A stretch of DNA of 64,000 bases from Callorhinchus milii. Its lineage: Eukaryota. Positions within the stretch are counted from its first letter, which is position 1. Every line of letters starts with the position of its first letter. A program made the translations under genes and the position numbers. This document shows, one piece after another, positions 1-12,210 of this stretch. The stretch covers positions 1-64,000 of the forward strand of contig NW_024705026.1 of assembly GCF_018977255.1 (NCBI RefSeq). The letters run 5' to 3'. The notes under the pieces were generated by a model that had not been told where the DNA came from, made no database searches, and saw only the letters and a program-made list of their open reading frames with translations.

Positions 1-542
1 GCCGTGTCCTCTCTCCTTAGTAAGAATAATAATAATAAGAATAATAATCGTTGCCTTTGATACAGCGCTTTTTCTCGACGTCAGATTAAACTGTTTCGTG
101 AATTGACTGTGTATTTGTGGGAAAACGCGGCAGCCAATTGCCCACAGCACTGTCGCACACAAACAGCTGTGCGTTGAAACGAATAATTTTATTATTGTTT
201 ACTGAGGATTTATTATCAGGCTTTTAAATGATTTTGAATTAGAGAAAATAATAATCAATAATAGATAATAGACAATAGAAAATCGATAAACAATAAATAC
301 AAATAATCATAAAATCTGAGCGTTTGAAAATTTGTCATCACTTTGTAAAACCTTTCGCTCTCTTACTCTATCTCTCCCACTCTCTCTCTCTCTCTTTCTC
401 TCTCTCTGACTCTGTTGCCGCCGCCAGGTTTCTGTTTTACAGAGACTGGGCTATTGACAGAGAGCAATATTTTACACAGAAACCCAGACTGTTGCACAGA
501 ATCCAGGTCTGTTATACAGAGACCTGGCTGCTATACAAAACC
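1..542. repeat. Segmental duplicate of ~42549-43093 (SINE remnant, (CT)n, start of the 20-bp satellite)
   Basis: Near-identical base by base, from gccgtgtcctctctccttagtaagaataat through ...tacaaaacc, at both positions. Confidence 0.95.
22..220 (-). mobile_element. SINE 3' portion (degenerate)
   Basis: (AAT)n tail plus the reverse complement of the SINE body (gaattgactgtgtatttgtggg...gcggcagccaattg) seen in the full-length copies. Confidence 0.8.
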
Positions 543-2051
543 ACTGCCATGGCCACCATGTAGACGGTGATACATTTTGAGAGCCCACACTTTCCCCGGG
601 ACAGGACCACAATGGCCAACAGATTCGCTGTGAGAATGTGGAACAGCAAACAAACATATTTACCGGTGCGCTGCGTAAGTTAATGGTATTTAGCTCAAAG
701 TTCATTCACGCAGCAGTTTCCCATCAACACTCATGGATTGATGGGCCCATTTTAAAAAAAAATTCAAAGCATTAATCAGGAATATTTAAATGATCAATCA
801 CAGGTATCACGCTTGCCAGGCGACTTCGGTACCCACTGAGCTGCAGATATTATTTAACCAATGAACTACAGACTAAAATAACCAGTAACATATAAGAAGT
901 TCTGCCGAATTCCCTCTCTGTCGCCTGTTCTGTTGGACATGGAAGATCTCCTGTGACACTATCAGAAAATAGAATGAACTATGTCCACATTTCCTGGCCA
1001 TGTATACACCGAATAAAGTGTGTATCCTCAAATATTTATTGCGTTTCTCTAGTTGCAATCATGTTAACATCTGGCAGGACATTGTCAAGTATATGCATTG
1101 AATATAATCTTAAAGATGTGGACCTTATTTAGTATCAACATGTGCTCCTGCAGATGAGAACATAATTCCGAATATTCACTTCCACTAATTGAAGACGGCG
1201 TTAAAAACTCCACTGTATAAATGTCAAAAGAATTCGCCTCATACACAGCATAACTCGCAGTAACCTGAAAAGAAATAGAGGGCTCAATCGCGCTATTTAT
1301 AGTCAAACATCGAAAATTTCGTGATTCTCCAATACCAATCTCACTGGTCACCCCAACCCCCTCCATTCACAACATCCAACTCATTGAAAACAATTCCAAA
1401 CATGACCACTCTCACACAATCTCCGCACTTCCATCACTCAAGTCATCGCCAGGATTCCCTGTCTCCTTTCCAGAAAACACATTGATATAAAGATACTCAA
1501 AATATTTGCAAACCATTCCCTGCCCTGGCATACCTCTGTCTCTCAACCTACTGACAGAACTGGCTCGCTCATCCGATCAATCCTTCCTCACCGCCAGACA
1601 TTCTTACAGCCAATGTGTCCTGAAACACTGGAGGCTCAATGTCTCCAACTCACACCCTTTTGAGCGACCGTCAGATCAGACCGAAAGATATTCTTTTAGG
1701 ACTGTACCTACGGTCACCATTCTAACAAGCGTAGTAACGAGCAGACCCTCCAAGAAGAAGAGACACACTATCAGTCTCACAGCGAGAGTGGAGAGGGTTC
1801 AGCAAACGACAAAATCTTATCTTTAAAGAGACATCAAAAAAGACATCAGCGGAACAGAAGTCACAGCTGGAGAAGTAGAAGTAGATGTGTGTGCCATGCG
1901 CAACCTTGTGGTACATCGGGATACAAGTAAAATTTGTATCTAACTAATTACCTGCAATACCAATAGCTGCAAGAATAGGATAATAAACTATCATTATCCG
2001 AAAAAGTGTTGGCAGATACTGCCACGGAAAGAAGGCTATAGCCTTCAACAT
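512..2051 (-). pseudogene. GPR139-like GPCR, copy A, truncated (exon 1 2051-1952; exon 2 627-541, then fused to satellite)
   Basis: Exon 1 encodes MLKAIAFFPWQYLPTLFRIMIVYYPILAAIGIA with donor G|gtaatt. The acceptor cacag|CG gives ANLLAIVVLSRGKCGLSKCITVYMVAMAV, which runs into unrelated sequence (VLYSSQVSV) and stops at TAA 514-512. Confidence 0.88.
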
Positions 2052-3099
2052 TGTGTATCACCAGCGGATAGGCTGTCAGTGCTGGACACTCAAAGCTGCC
2101 AGTCTTTATATCCCAGAACTGTCTCCACTGGGAATAGGATATTTGCACAAATGATTGTGAAATACCAATGTTCCTCTTTTGCCACCAACTGCTGACTGGA
2201 TTCCTTGGGGAAGGTTGGCATGATCTCATGGGGCCTGAGCCAGCATTAAGGTGACGTGTTGAACAAAAGAATGCTGGAATGAAATCTAACACGGGTAGTG
2301 GTCAGGGTGAGCCTGTGTCTGAGTCAGGCCAGTTACATGTCGAGTAAATGACTGTGGTTGTGTGGTCTGATCAGAGAGCATGTCTGGTGGCTGAGGTCAA
2401 TGTTATAAGACGGGTTTCCTAACCCGGCCCGTGGGTTGGATATAAAGAAAGGTTTGGTCTTGTCCTGGCACAATATCCAACAAAAAGAATTGTTCATACA
2501 CAGTGAGAGTGAAAACAATATTGTCCTAAACTATGGCAGTGGGTGAATCTATTGTGCAATCTCACTCTGCCAAATCTCGTGATGTTATTTCATAAGAGAA
2601 AACGAAATGATCCGTGTTTCAAAGAATCAACACTCCCTGCTTCAAGCTTCTGTCTCCCTATGGTGCATTATTTCCAGATATACTATTCGTTAACGTTGTC
2701 GTCCTACAATGGAAATTTATATATCGGGATCAAAAACAGCACTGGTCCCCATGCACATCACTGGGGGACAGCATTGCAGTAGTCCCTCGACAGTGAAAAA
2801 CATCCTTTCACCACCACTCTCTGCTTTCGTTATCCGAGACAATTCTCTTTCCATGCTGCCAACGTCCCTTTAAAATCGTGGTCTTCTGTTCTGTTACAAG
2901 TGTCTTACATAGGACTATATTATTAGCCTGACGAAATTCCACGTAAACTGCACGATCTGTATAAGCTTCTTCCACCCTCTTCGTTACTTCATAAATAATG
3001 TATCCGCTTTGTTAGACCGTGTTGCCTGTTCTTTATTAAACCATATATTTCTAAGTGAATATGCCTTTTGTTTCTAGAAGATTGTCGTCTATGGAAGTT

Positions 3100-3330
3100 G
3101 CCCAACAACTGAAGAGCTTATGACTGGCCTCCAGTTACCAGGTTAATCCTTCTGCCAGTTTTTGAACGGGGACTATCAGTTGCATCTCTCCCGTCCTCTG
3201 GCAGCACACCGGTGTTCAAAGTAAATTGAGATATTTTGCCCAGAGAATCCCTTATTTCCACCCTTACTTGTTTCAGTAAACAAGAATGCATTCCGTCCGG
3301 TCCGGATGGCTCATCCACTCGGAGCACCGA
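3100..3330 (-). mobile_element. CR1-type LINE RT fragment (second copy at ~60310-60535)
   Basis: Translation PSGPDGMHSCLLKQVRVEI...GVLPEDGRDA resembles the CR1 RT motif PGPDG.HP..LK...G.VPEDW. Confidence 0.75.
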
Positions 3331-4429
3331 TTATTTTTTTTACTAACTGCTATCTATTGATTCTTGCTGGAAGAAATGTTTGGGTCCCAAGAGTAGTTGC
3401 TTAGGTGCGTCTTAGATTGTTTTCGAGTTTAACAAGATCAAAGTGAATCATTTGTCACAGATAAATATATTCCACAGAATTTCAAAATGATTTCAATACA
3501 GTATTTTAACAGCTTTTGAGATATTGCTGTGCAACTGCACAAACGTGTTTGTTTACAGATGCAAACGACATCATGTGAATCATTTAGATATTCGTTTGAC
3601 GTGAAAAAAGAAAGTGCATTTGACCAGAAGTCATGCTACACGAGAAAAAATGGTGCATCCAGTTCGTCCAACTCTCTGGCGGTCAAGTGCACATATGCCA
3701 CGAACAATCTATATATATTTCATATTGTTATATTCCGNAAAAAATCTCTCTAATGTGTGTTTAAAGAATCAGCAGTTGCTGCTTCAACCATCTCCCATGG
3801 GAGCCTGTTCCACGTGTTCACTAGTCGCTCACTGAAATTATATTTTCGTTGAATCGTACTGAATTTATTCCCTTCATTTGCAGGCCGTGTCCTCGGGTTT
3901 TGCTGTTCTGACCAAGTTGAGACAGCCTGTAATGATCTGTGTTATATGGCCATGTTAGAATCTTAAGGACAGCAGTCACGTTGGCTCTCAATGTCCTTCT
4001 TCCCCTGTGAACATATTTACTTAGTCCCTTCTCTCAGTCCAGTTCCTCTGTTCCCTAAATCATTTTAGTCGCCCTATTCTGTTTCTAACAGTTCATCAGC
4101 ACATCCGCCGCAAGCGATATACATTCTGACTATACTTTCTCTCCTATCATGTACCCAGTTTCACATAATATATATAGGTTAGGTGATGCGACAAGTACAG
4201 GCATCTGGACGCTTGCCAGCCGGTTCTCTCAGTGACAGGCTTTGAAGCTGTGACTGGCGAATCTGCAGCAGAGCTCAGTCACACAATATGTTTTGTCTGC
4301 TCTGGACTGATCAGACAGATGACCACCAAATATAAGGCAACACACAATCAGATATTTATTAACTGGCCCTCTTCACTGACGCCATGCTTGTACATCTCCT
4401 TTGCATCCATTCCAATACCTTTTAATCTT

Positions 4430-4830
4430 TCCTAATACGAGAAATCTGAACACAGCGCTGCAGTTGCAATGTAAACAATGGTATGCACAAATATGCCATT
4501 GACAGCTGAATTTTGTTTTCTATGATTCTACCTATAGGACCAAGAATACTGTCAGATTTCCACAGATATTTTGACATCCAACAGTCGGAAGGATATGCTG
4601 CTTCCCACTTCCTGTTACAGAGATAAAGCCACCTCTAATGTGCCTTTGCTCCTCCGCTACTCGCAAGATACTGCTAGTCAGAATGTATAACCTTCCCTCG
4701 TTCTTTCTGCCCAAATGTATAATCTTACATTTTGGTTGATTAAACTTCAGTTTCCACCGATCTGCCCTTTCTGCTAATATATTGAATTCTTTCTGCTTGT
4801 ACACGTTGATATAACATTTAGTGTTCTCCT
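4430..4830 (-). mobile_element. CR1-type LINE fragment (second copy at ~61640-62030)
   Basis: ADRWKLKFNQPKCKIIHLGRKN matches the CR1 ORF2 motif W.M.FN..KCK..H.G..N. Confidence 0.75.
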
Positions 4831-5487
4831 TAATATTGCGAGATAGACATCTTCGAGTTCCGCCTGCTTTCTCAAATGAAACTGAGCCATAATATAGTGA
4901 CTAAATACAGTAGAGTGATTTTATTTTGAACAGTTTCTTCCACTGTTTGCAGCTGTTAAAAGTTTGACAAAGCACTATTTTCATGAAAGCGAATCACAAT
5001 ATTTATGATCAGAAGCCTGCACTGTATTTATGCTGCAAATTATATAACACGAAAGGAATTAAACGGTAGAAATTTTTTAAAAAGTCATTGCTTAAGGAAC
5101 ATGGAAGCTTGATGAACGAAACCTCCTATCTGAAGGCCAGTTTTTCAGTTTGAATCAGTTCACCTGGTGCCGGGGATTGCATTTTGTCATTGGGAGATTC
5201 ATAGGATCACAGAATTATACACAACAGAAGGACGCTATTCGGACCATCGTGTCTTTGCCGTCTATCTGAAAGCGGCGATCCAATTCAGCACTGCTCACCC
5301 GCACTTTCCCAATAGTTCATGAAACTTGCCACCCCCCCCCCCACCCCCCCAACTTCCCACCCTCACATAATTAGGTTTGATTGAATCGGCTTCCAACACG
5401 CTTTCACGCATAGAATTACAGATCAAAACAACTTGCTATTTGAAAAAAATTATCATTAACTTGTCAGAATTTACACTTTTTGTATAA

Positions 5488-6077
5488 TGTTGGATGTTGC
5501 GAACGGGTTAAAATTTAAGTTAAGTGTGGGGGCGTGTGGGGGCAACTGGACTGAAACTCATGAGTTTCCCTGGATCACGTGAGTGTCTCAAGGAAAACAT
5601 GTGCACATCTGTCCTGCACGTACAGAAGACAACGGACTGTCTCAAGGACAGTGTGTTTGTGTGTGTGTGGCACGTACACTCCATGAGATGTTCACTTGAA
5701 CCCAGCCTGATTTTGGCCAGGTCACCTAATGTCCGCACCATGATTGGATGGACACAAGCTTAAGACACGGTGCCAGATCAAAATTGGAGCACCCAGGAGA
5801 GTACCTACCGTGCATGGAAGACTGAGAGCTAGAAGGCAGAAGTAGACGACCACGAGGAGGAATAACGCTGTAGTATTGTTCTGTAAGTGAATTGATTGAT
5901 TGTGCCTACTTGCCCATCGGGAACTTGGACGGATCCTGGAGTTTAATAAACACCACTCTGGTTGCAAACAGTGGCTGTGTTTGATTGGAACCCGAAAAGT
6001 GTTTTCATTAACTCATCCCACAAACAGCCATGATATAAATGACTAATTAATGGGGGATTGTTGGCCAGAATACAACA
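5488..6077 (+). mobile_element. Possible solo LTR
   Basis: TGTTG...CAACA inverted termini, ~590 bp, AATAAA at 5945-5950. No clean target-site duplication is visible. Confidence 0.35.
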
Positions 6078-6083
6078 CAAGAT

Positions 6084-6175
6084 AGGCTTGTACGGGAATT
6101 GAAACCGTGGCCTCTCACTTTTTGCTTGTATTTTGAGAACCCGAAGCGAGAATCATATCCCTTCAACAACCATCC
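6084..6175 (-). tRNA. Degenerate intron-containing tRNA-Pro(CGG), probable pseudogene; intron 6139-6120 (20 nt)
   Basis: The reverse complement aligns to vertebrate tRNA-Pro (ATGATTCTCGCTTCGGG...GAGAGG..GGTT.CAA.TCCCG.AC.AGCC) with a 20-nt insert right after position 37; 92-20=72 nt. Acceptor stem and D-arm have mismatches. Confidence 0.75.
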
Positions 6176-6777
6176 ACGCTGTTGGGTTTGGAATAAACAT
6201 TGCAAATAAACACAAAATGTGACCCTATTTTCCCATCACTTAAAATTTTATCATGGGGGTTTCAAAAGGCAACAGCTCCAAGGCGTTGCTGAAGTCCATG
6301 AGCAAAATATAGTTGTATTCCTCTGAATCTTAAAACTTTCTTTGATTTTATATAGAGCCACAACCTGTTCCACGCATTGCTCAAAGACACATGTCAACCT
6401 GCTCCTTCCTAATCAAAACATGAGCCTCCAATTGGGAAAATTATCTGCAGTGAATGCCCAATGGACCACTTTAATGGTCACTGGGTAGTCCTGGGTCTTA
6501 CTTGTGGAGAGACACCACATTTGCCCTCGACACTGACAGAGATAAGAGCGTGTCTCAGACAGAGAACCGGTTAGAAATAACATATATTATATCCTGGATT
6601 TAATGAGAATTATTTTACGATTAGATTTCACACGAATTACAATAATGTGCACAAGCAGTATCTGCCAGTTTCCAGTTTTGCATGTTAACAGCTGAGATGC
6701 AGCCTGTGAGGCAGAAATGTTTATTCCCCTGTGTCACCCGAGGTATTCCAAGTTGGAGACTGGTTTCCTTATTTGAT

Positions 6778-7282
6778 TGTCATGTTCTCAAAAACCGACA
6801 AGACATCAGGGCTAGGGTATTCTCAAGTTAACGCTTTATTACTCAAGGCAAAACAAAGACCTGGGCACGTAGAGCACATAGTTGAAACATGCTGCTTTAT
6901 TTACTAACGATTTGCAAATATGTAGTTTATCCAACCATGATAATAAGGGCCATATCACAGCTTTTAGCTGGGCTCAAAATTAATCAGAATTGTCCCAGTA
7001 AAGAGCGATATAGTTCAACGATCCCACTTGAGGATAAACGTGTAGATTAACAATGCCATATCTATCATCTCAAGTTTTTCCGGAGAAAAATAAGACAAAT
7101 CTCACATTTATTTATTTGCATTGACAAATATTTTAAAAGCTATCTTTTCTCACAAACACTCACCTGTTTGCTTATTTGTCTATCTCTGAGCTGTAAAATT
7201 TCTCCGTTTGAAAATTGCACAAAATCCTGAACGACAGAGCCGAACTTCCTTTATGACGGAACACCGAGCACAGGAAATGACA
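6778..7282 (-). mobile_element. Possible solo LTR
   Basis: TGTCAT...ATGACA inverted termini, ~505 bp, minus-strand AATAAA near 6835. Flanks match only 3/5. Confidence 0.35.
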
Positions 7283-9437
7283 TAGAATGATCCAGAGAAA
7301 CTGGCCATTCCACCCAATTGGGTCGTTCGCCCCATCCCCCCGATATTTTTCCCTCCCTATACACGTGCACTTCCCCCTCCTACAAACATCCGTTGCCCTC
7401 TCCTAGTCCCCTTGATTCCCTTCTCCTACACCACTCTGTTCATCAATTCTGCACCTCTCTATTCCCTTCTAAATACGCTAAGTTCCCAGTAACACACTGA
7501 CATTTTCACGTCAACCACAGATCGTGGCAGGATATTCCATAGTCTCACCACACTCTATGAGAAAAGGTATCCTCCTAAACTCCCTTATAAGATCAAATAA
7601 ATAATAGCACTGTCTTCCTTGCACTTGATATGGCATCATCCACTTCCGAACTTCTTAAAACTTCACACATGATACTGCAAAGCGCTGCTCTATTTACGAA
7701 TGATCCGACCTTTGGCTTCACAGCTTACACAGGTCGACATTATCAAATCGTTTTCACAATCTTACTCACCTCTATGAGGCCGCCTCACACACGGGGGAGG
7801 AAAGCTGCAATCTTTCTAAATAACTGCATCCACTCATCCTAATCACTTCCTTGGACATCAACGATTTAATCTATGCAATGTAGTGGAACATCAACATTTA
7901 TTCCTAGTTTGTGTTTCCTATTTTACAGTTTTCCGCCAGTCTGTTCTTCTGCCTTTGAATTGTTATTTAGTGCCATACTATATTGTACAAAATTACATTT
8001 ATAAAACGCCTTTTACGTTAGGAGGACGTCCCAAGGCGCTGAGCAGTCAGTGATTTCGACCCGAGCGAGGTGAGATGGGAAGTGGAGTTTAGGATCAGCC
8101 AGGGTGGATTTACTATTATTATTATTATTATTTATATTATAATTATTATTAATATTTTTATTCATATTATTATTATTATTATGTGATGAAGTCCCACAAA
8201 ATAGTGCAGTTGGTGCAAAGTGGAGAAGTAGGATTCATTTGGACAGCTCTTTTGAAGAGCTGTCCTTCTCTGCTCTATCAATTTAATCATTATTATTCAT
8301 ACGCCTTCGCAATAGTTCAACAAAAACTGTATCATCCCTTCATTTGGAGTAGCGTACTGAAGCACTTCCTAGATCTTTGCCCCCTAATCATCTTCTGCCT
8401 TCTCTATGTTTCCCATCGTTCCACCACTTTCAATCCAAACTGCCAAAGTTAGATATTTGAAAAAGACACATTTGGTGGGCTACGGGGAGAGACTGGAAGA
8501 GTCGGATTAATCAAGAAAGCTCCCAGTTGCTCGTCTGTGTTATCAGGTTCTGCTGATAAGCCAGCCTGGGCCATGCTGTCATCAGCAGTGTGTCACTGTG
8601 TAACTGCGGGAAGCAATGAGGCAAGTAACTAAGAAATTATACAGTGTAAGCCACTAAAAAGGGGAAGCAGTAAATCAGACACAGAGCCTAAATTGAGAGA
8701 GTAAATCTGTGGTTCCTCCAATTTATATTTTGTTACATTTGACTCCAGGTCTTATCGCTCCGTCCAAACGTTTCGTATCGTAAACGCGTGACTGCATGTT
8801 TGCAGACAAACACACACACATACTTTGGGTACTGTAATATCCCACAAACAGGCGTGACGTGACTAAGCAACATTTAACTGAGAAATTGTCCAATGTGACA
8901 CAAATCTCACTTCTTCTTTCCCAGACACTGTCCAGCTCAGCCCACATCTGCGTATCAGGCGTTTACTCAACGTATTGAAAATAACTTAGTGCGGTGTGTG
9001 TGTGTCAATGTGTGTACGTGAGAGCGAGAGGCCTGTGTTGCAAGGATTCCTGTAAAACAGCCGTTCTGATTCCGTATGATCTCAGCAGAAAGAGAGAGAG
9101 AGCGAGAAGGTGAAACACTGTGACTCTGCTTCCCAGCTCTGATTGTTGCTCAATATCGATCTCTAAGTCACAGCTCGAGATCACTTCTGAGTCTGTGTGT
9201 TTGTGTGTGTTTTTGTAAGTGTGTCAGACTGCTTCTCAGTATATGTGTTCCATAGCATCTCTGTGTGTTTCACAGTGAATTGGACATTTCGGAATCACAG
9301 AGATCAGTGATTCTGTAAATACTGCTCCTGAGATTTACTACGTGTGATTTACCTCCAAATCTACGGAGAAACCTCCCCATCGGACACACACGCACGTCTG
9401 CAGGCTACAGTCACACGAGCACCTCCTCATCCTCGAC

Positions 9438-9462
9438 ATGGAGCGATTGTTTCTCATCCTCG
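9438..9462 (+). CDS. Putative leader exon 1 (MERLFLIL, phase 1)
   Basis: gacATGG Kozak-like start, hydrophobic codons and a strong donor G|gtgagt. It is short, as in the split-leader genes of LILR/FcR type. Confidence 0.55.
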
Positions 9463-9584
9463 GTGAGTATAGTTTCTAACCCGATGACAGAGACGGCCCA
9501 GCCAGAGAGATGGAACGTGGAGAGGAATCTGAGGCCTCTTGTTTGACCTTCAATTGTCCTTTCTACAAATCTTCCGTGCCATAA

Positions 9585-9990
9585 CACTGTCTGCCTTCCT
9601 ACAACTCCACAACATCATCCGGCTCCACCGTTGTCTCACAACGCAGACTGCGTGACTCCTAATACATTGATTGATAACATCCAGGCTTGACTTTGCAATC
9701 TTCCTGCTTGGCGGCCTCCCCAACTATTTCTTCGATAGGCGGCAGGTCATCCAGAACACTGCATGTCGTGTACTCTTCTGCACGTTTCTCCATGATACTA
9801 TCAACCCCATCCTCGCTTCACTCCATTGGATAATGTTCAAGATAATGATCTTCAGCTTCAAAACCATCTATGGCCTCGCTCCCTTCTACATCTGCAAACT
9901 CATAACCCCTTATCAACCTACCCGCTACCTCCGCTCAGCGAGCTCTCTGCTGCTTCGCGTCCCCCTGAAGAATGTTAGGAGGACCTGCAG
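9585..9990 (+). mobile_element. L2-type LINE ORF2 C-terminal fragment
   Basis: ITSRLDF...QVIQNTACRVL...INPILASLHW...FKI...GLAPFYI..L..Y.P.R.LRS is the typical L2 C-terminus. Confidence 0.85.
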
Positions 9991-10164
9991 CCGCCCAATG
10001 GGACTTTCCATTTCAAGAGATTCCTATTGATTCGCGATTCGATCACACTCCTTCGCCACCTTCTCTACACCCTCCTTAATCCAGACCCCAAGATCGGATC
10101 TGACGCACTGTCCGTCCAGCGATTTTGGACGTCAAATGCCTTGTACAAATGCATTTTTGTTGTT

Positions 10165-11320
10165 GAGAGAGGAGAGGCGAAATAGTAGAAAAGGGAGAGG
10201 TGGCGAGAGAGTGGAGAGTCGAGCGAGAGGAAAACAGACAGAGTATGGAAAGGAGAGAGGGGAGAGCAGTCCGAGAAGATAGAGCTGAGAGGGTAGAAGA
10301 GCGAGAGAATGTGGAGAGCTGAATGGAGTTAGAATAAAAAGTGGGTGACAGAGAGAGGAATGAGGTTCTGTAGAGGGATAGAGATGAAAGGCAGAGGGAA
10401 GACGGTCTGGGTGGACGGACAGAGGGAGAGATGAGGGAGAAAATGAGTGTCAATATAGAACAGATGGGGGACAAAGTGGAGGATAGGAAGGGGTAAATCG
10501 ACGGTGTGAGGAAGAAGAAGTGGGAGAATAATGGGGCGAAGACAAGAGAAGAAAGGGGAGCAAAAGGGAGTGAGCGAGGAGGAGCAGGAGGGGAGAGTTA
10601 GGGGAGGATGGAGATGGAGATGGGATGAGTAGTTGAAGAGTATGGAGGGAGGCAAGAGCGAGCAGGAGAGGGAGCGAGTGAGTGATGAGGGAATGCAGTG
10701 CAAGGGAGGGTACTAGGGAGAGAAATGCGAGTGCTAAAAGCAGGTAGAAAGGCATGGGACGTCGGAGAAAGGAAAGAAATGGAGCTGTGCAAATGATAGA
10801 GAGAACGGTGAAAGGATTTTGGCAATGATAATGTCCGTCGGGTAGCTTTCCCGCAAAAAGCTATATTGTAATATTGCTACATAAATGCAAAGCGTCAAAA
10901 TGCAAAGTACAGCCAGAGAAAACAACAGCGAGCGAGAACACTCATTTCCGAAAGGGAATAACAGTGTAATCTGGCTTGTAACGGGAGTTCAGATGAACTA
11001 ATCTGTTTCTGGCAGAGGAGAGACGGAAGAGGGGGTAGAGGGGCATAGAGGAGAGAGGTGAGGGTGGAGAGGGGATCGGAGGAGAGAGGGGATAAGAGGG
11101 GAGTGATAAATGAGGAGGGATTGGAAGGGAGCAGAGAGACGGAAGAAGGTAGAGGAGAGGGGGGAGAGGAGCGGGGGGAGGAAATTTGATAGAAGGGATA
11201 AGACGAGAGGGGGCATGAGAGGCGAGAGGAGACAGCAAAGAGTGGAGAGGAGATTGGAGATTGCTGCTGGGAAAGGACAGCGCAGAAGAGCGTAGAGAGG
11301 AGGGAGTGGAGGAGATGGAA
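10165..11320. repeat. Purine-rich (GA) low-complexity tracts
   Basis: Mostly G/A on the + strand at 10165-10810 and 11010-11320. Confidence 0.85.
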
Positions 11321-11929
11321 TTTCGGTTTCTGGGATGTCACCACATCTCATATTCTCCAAGACTTGAAAGAGAAACAGAAAGGATCCTTGGACAGAAAAC
11401 GCCGATCAGCCCAATGGTGTGTTTGTGAATCTGTGAATGTGTTCCTTCTTAGTCCTCTTGTCTGCTTCCCAATTGTGCCTGTGCTGGTGCTTGCTTCCCC
11501 ATTGGAGCTCTCAACGCCAGTCCCATTTTCTGCTCTCTCCATTTCGTAGCTCTGCTCATGCTCTCTCCCCAACTAGAGTTCTCTACTCTAATCCCGTTCC
11601 CTTTCCTCTCTCTCCCCATCCTGTCTGTGCTAATGCAAACTGGGGCCTTTTAGGTTGATATTTGAATGGCTGCGCTGTTGTTAACAATCCACCACTTATT
11701 GTGTGAAAGGCCGGACCGATCAAATCTCCGATTGTGTAATTTACCATATTAATAACTTCTGCTTCGGTCTTGTTTCTTTTTTTGTGCAGTGATATTTCTG
11801 AAGAGAAAGATGGTGGAATGTGAAGGTTAGTGTCACAATCTCACAGCCAGAAGCTGCGGGAACAATAGCTGATGAGAGTGAGAATCGGCCTCTCTTCACG
11901 TCCATCTGTGGAACAAGAGAAGAAACCGT

Positions 11930-12210
11930 CATACAATCCACAGACAACGTTAATAGTCTGCTTCCAACCATACACTTGTCCGTCGTGCGCCATTGGTGAC
12001 CGCGTTTTGAGCCGCTGCACCACGAAACCCTGATATAATTTACATCTATCCCTCTGCCTTGTCAATTCATTTTCAATCTTCAGATGGAGTCTGAAATCCT
12101 TCCTAGCGCACCGTACACAAGTCATCTTCCCAACCCCCCCGGCTCGATTTCGAGCTACGCCTGAGGGCACCATCGCGTGTGAGGGGCGCTGCATGAATAA
12201 AAGTTTATGT
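11930..12210 (+). mobile_element. L2-type LINE 3' end (degenerate)
   Basis: IGDRVLS...YNL.LSL...SFS.F...LKSFL resembles L2 GDRAFS..AP.LWNSLP...FKS.LKT.L; followed by an aataaa tail. Confidence 0.6.

Larger units (their letters stand above)
541..5455. repeat. Segmental duplicate of ~57751-62670
   Basis: Collinear match. It is almost identical over ~2940-3700 vs ~60150-60910 and more diverged toward 5200-5455. Confidence 0.93.

Noticed and set aside
11453-11490. Candidate second leader exon (VLLSASQLCLC)
   Set aside because: Only a weak phase-2 donor, incompatible with the phase-1 SRCR exon. Similar sequence recurs at ~19880-19930 and looks like a reversed CR1 3' UTR remnant.
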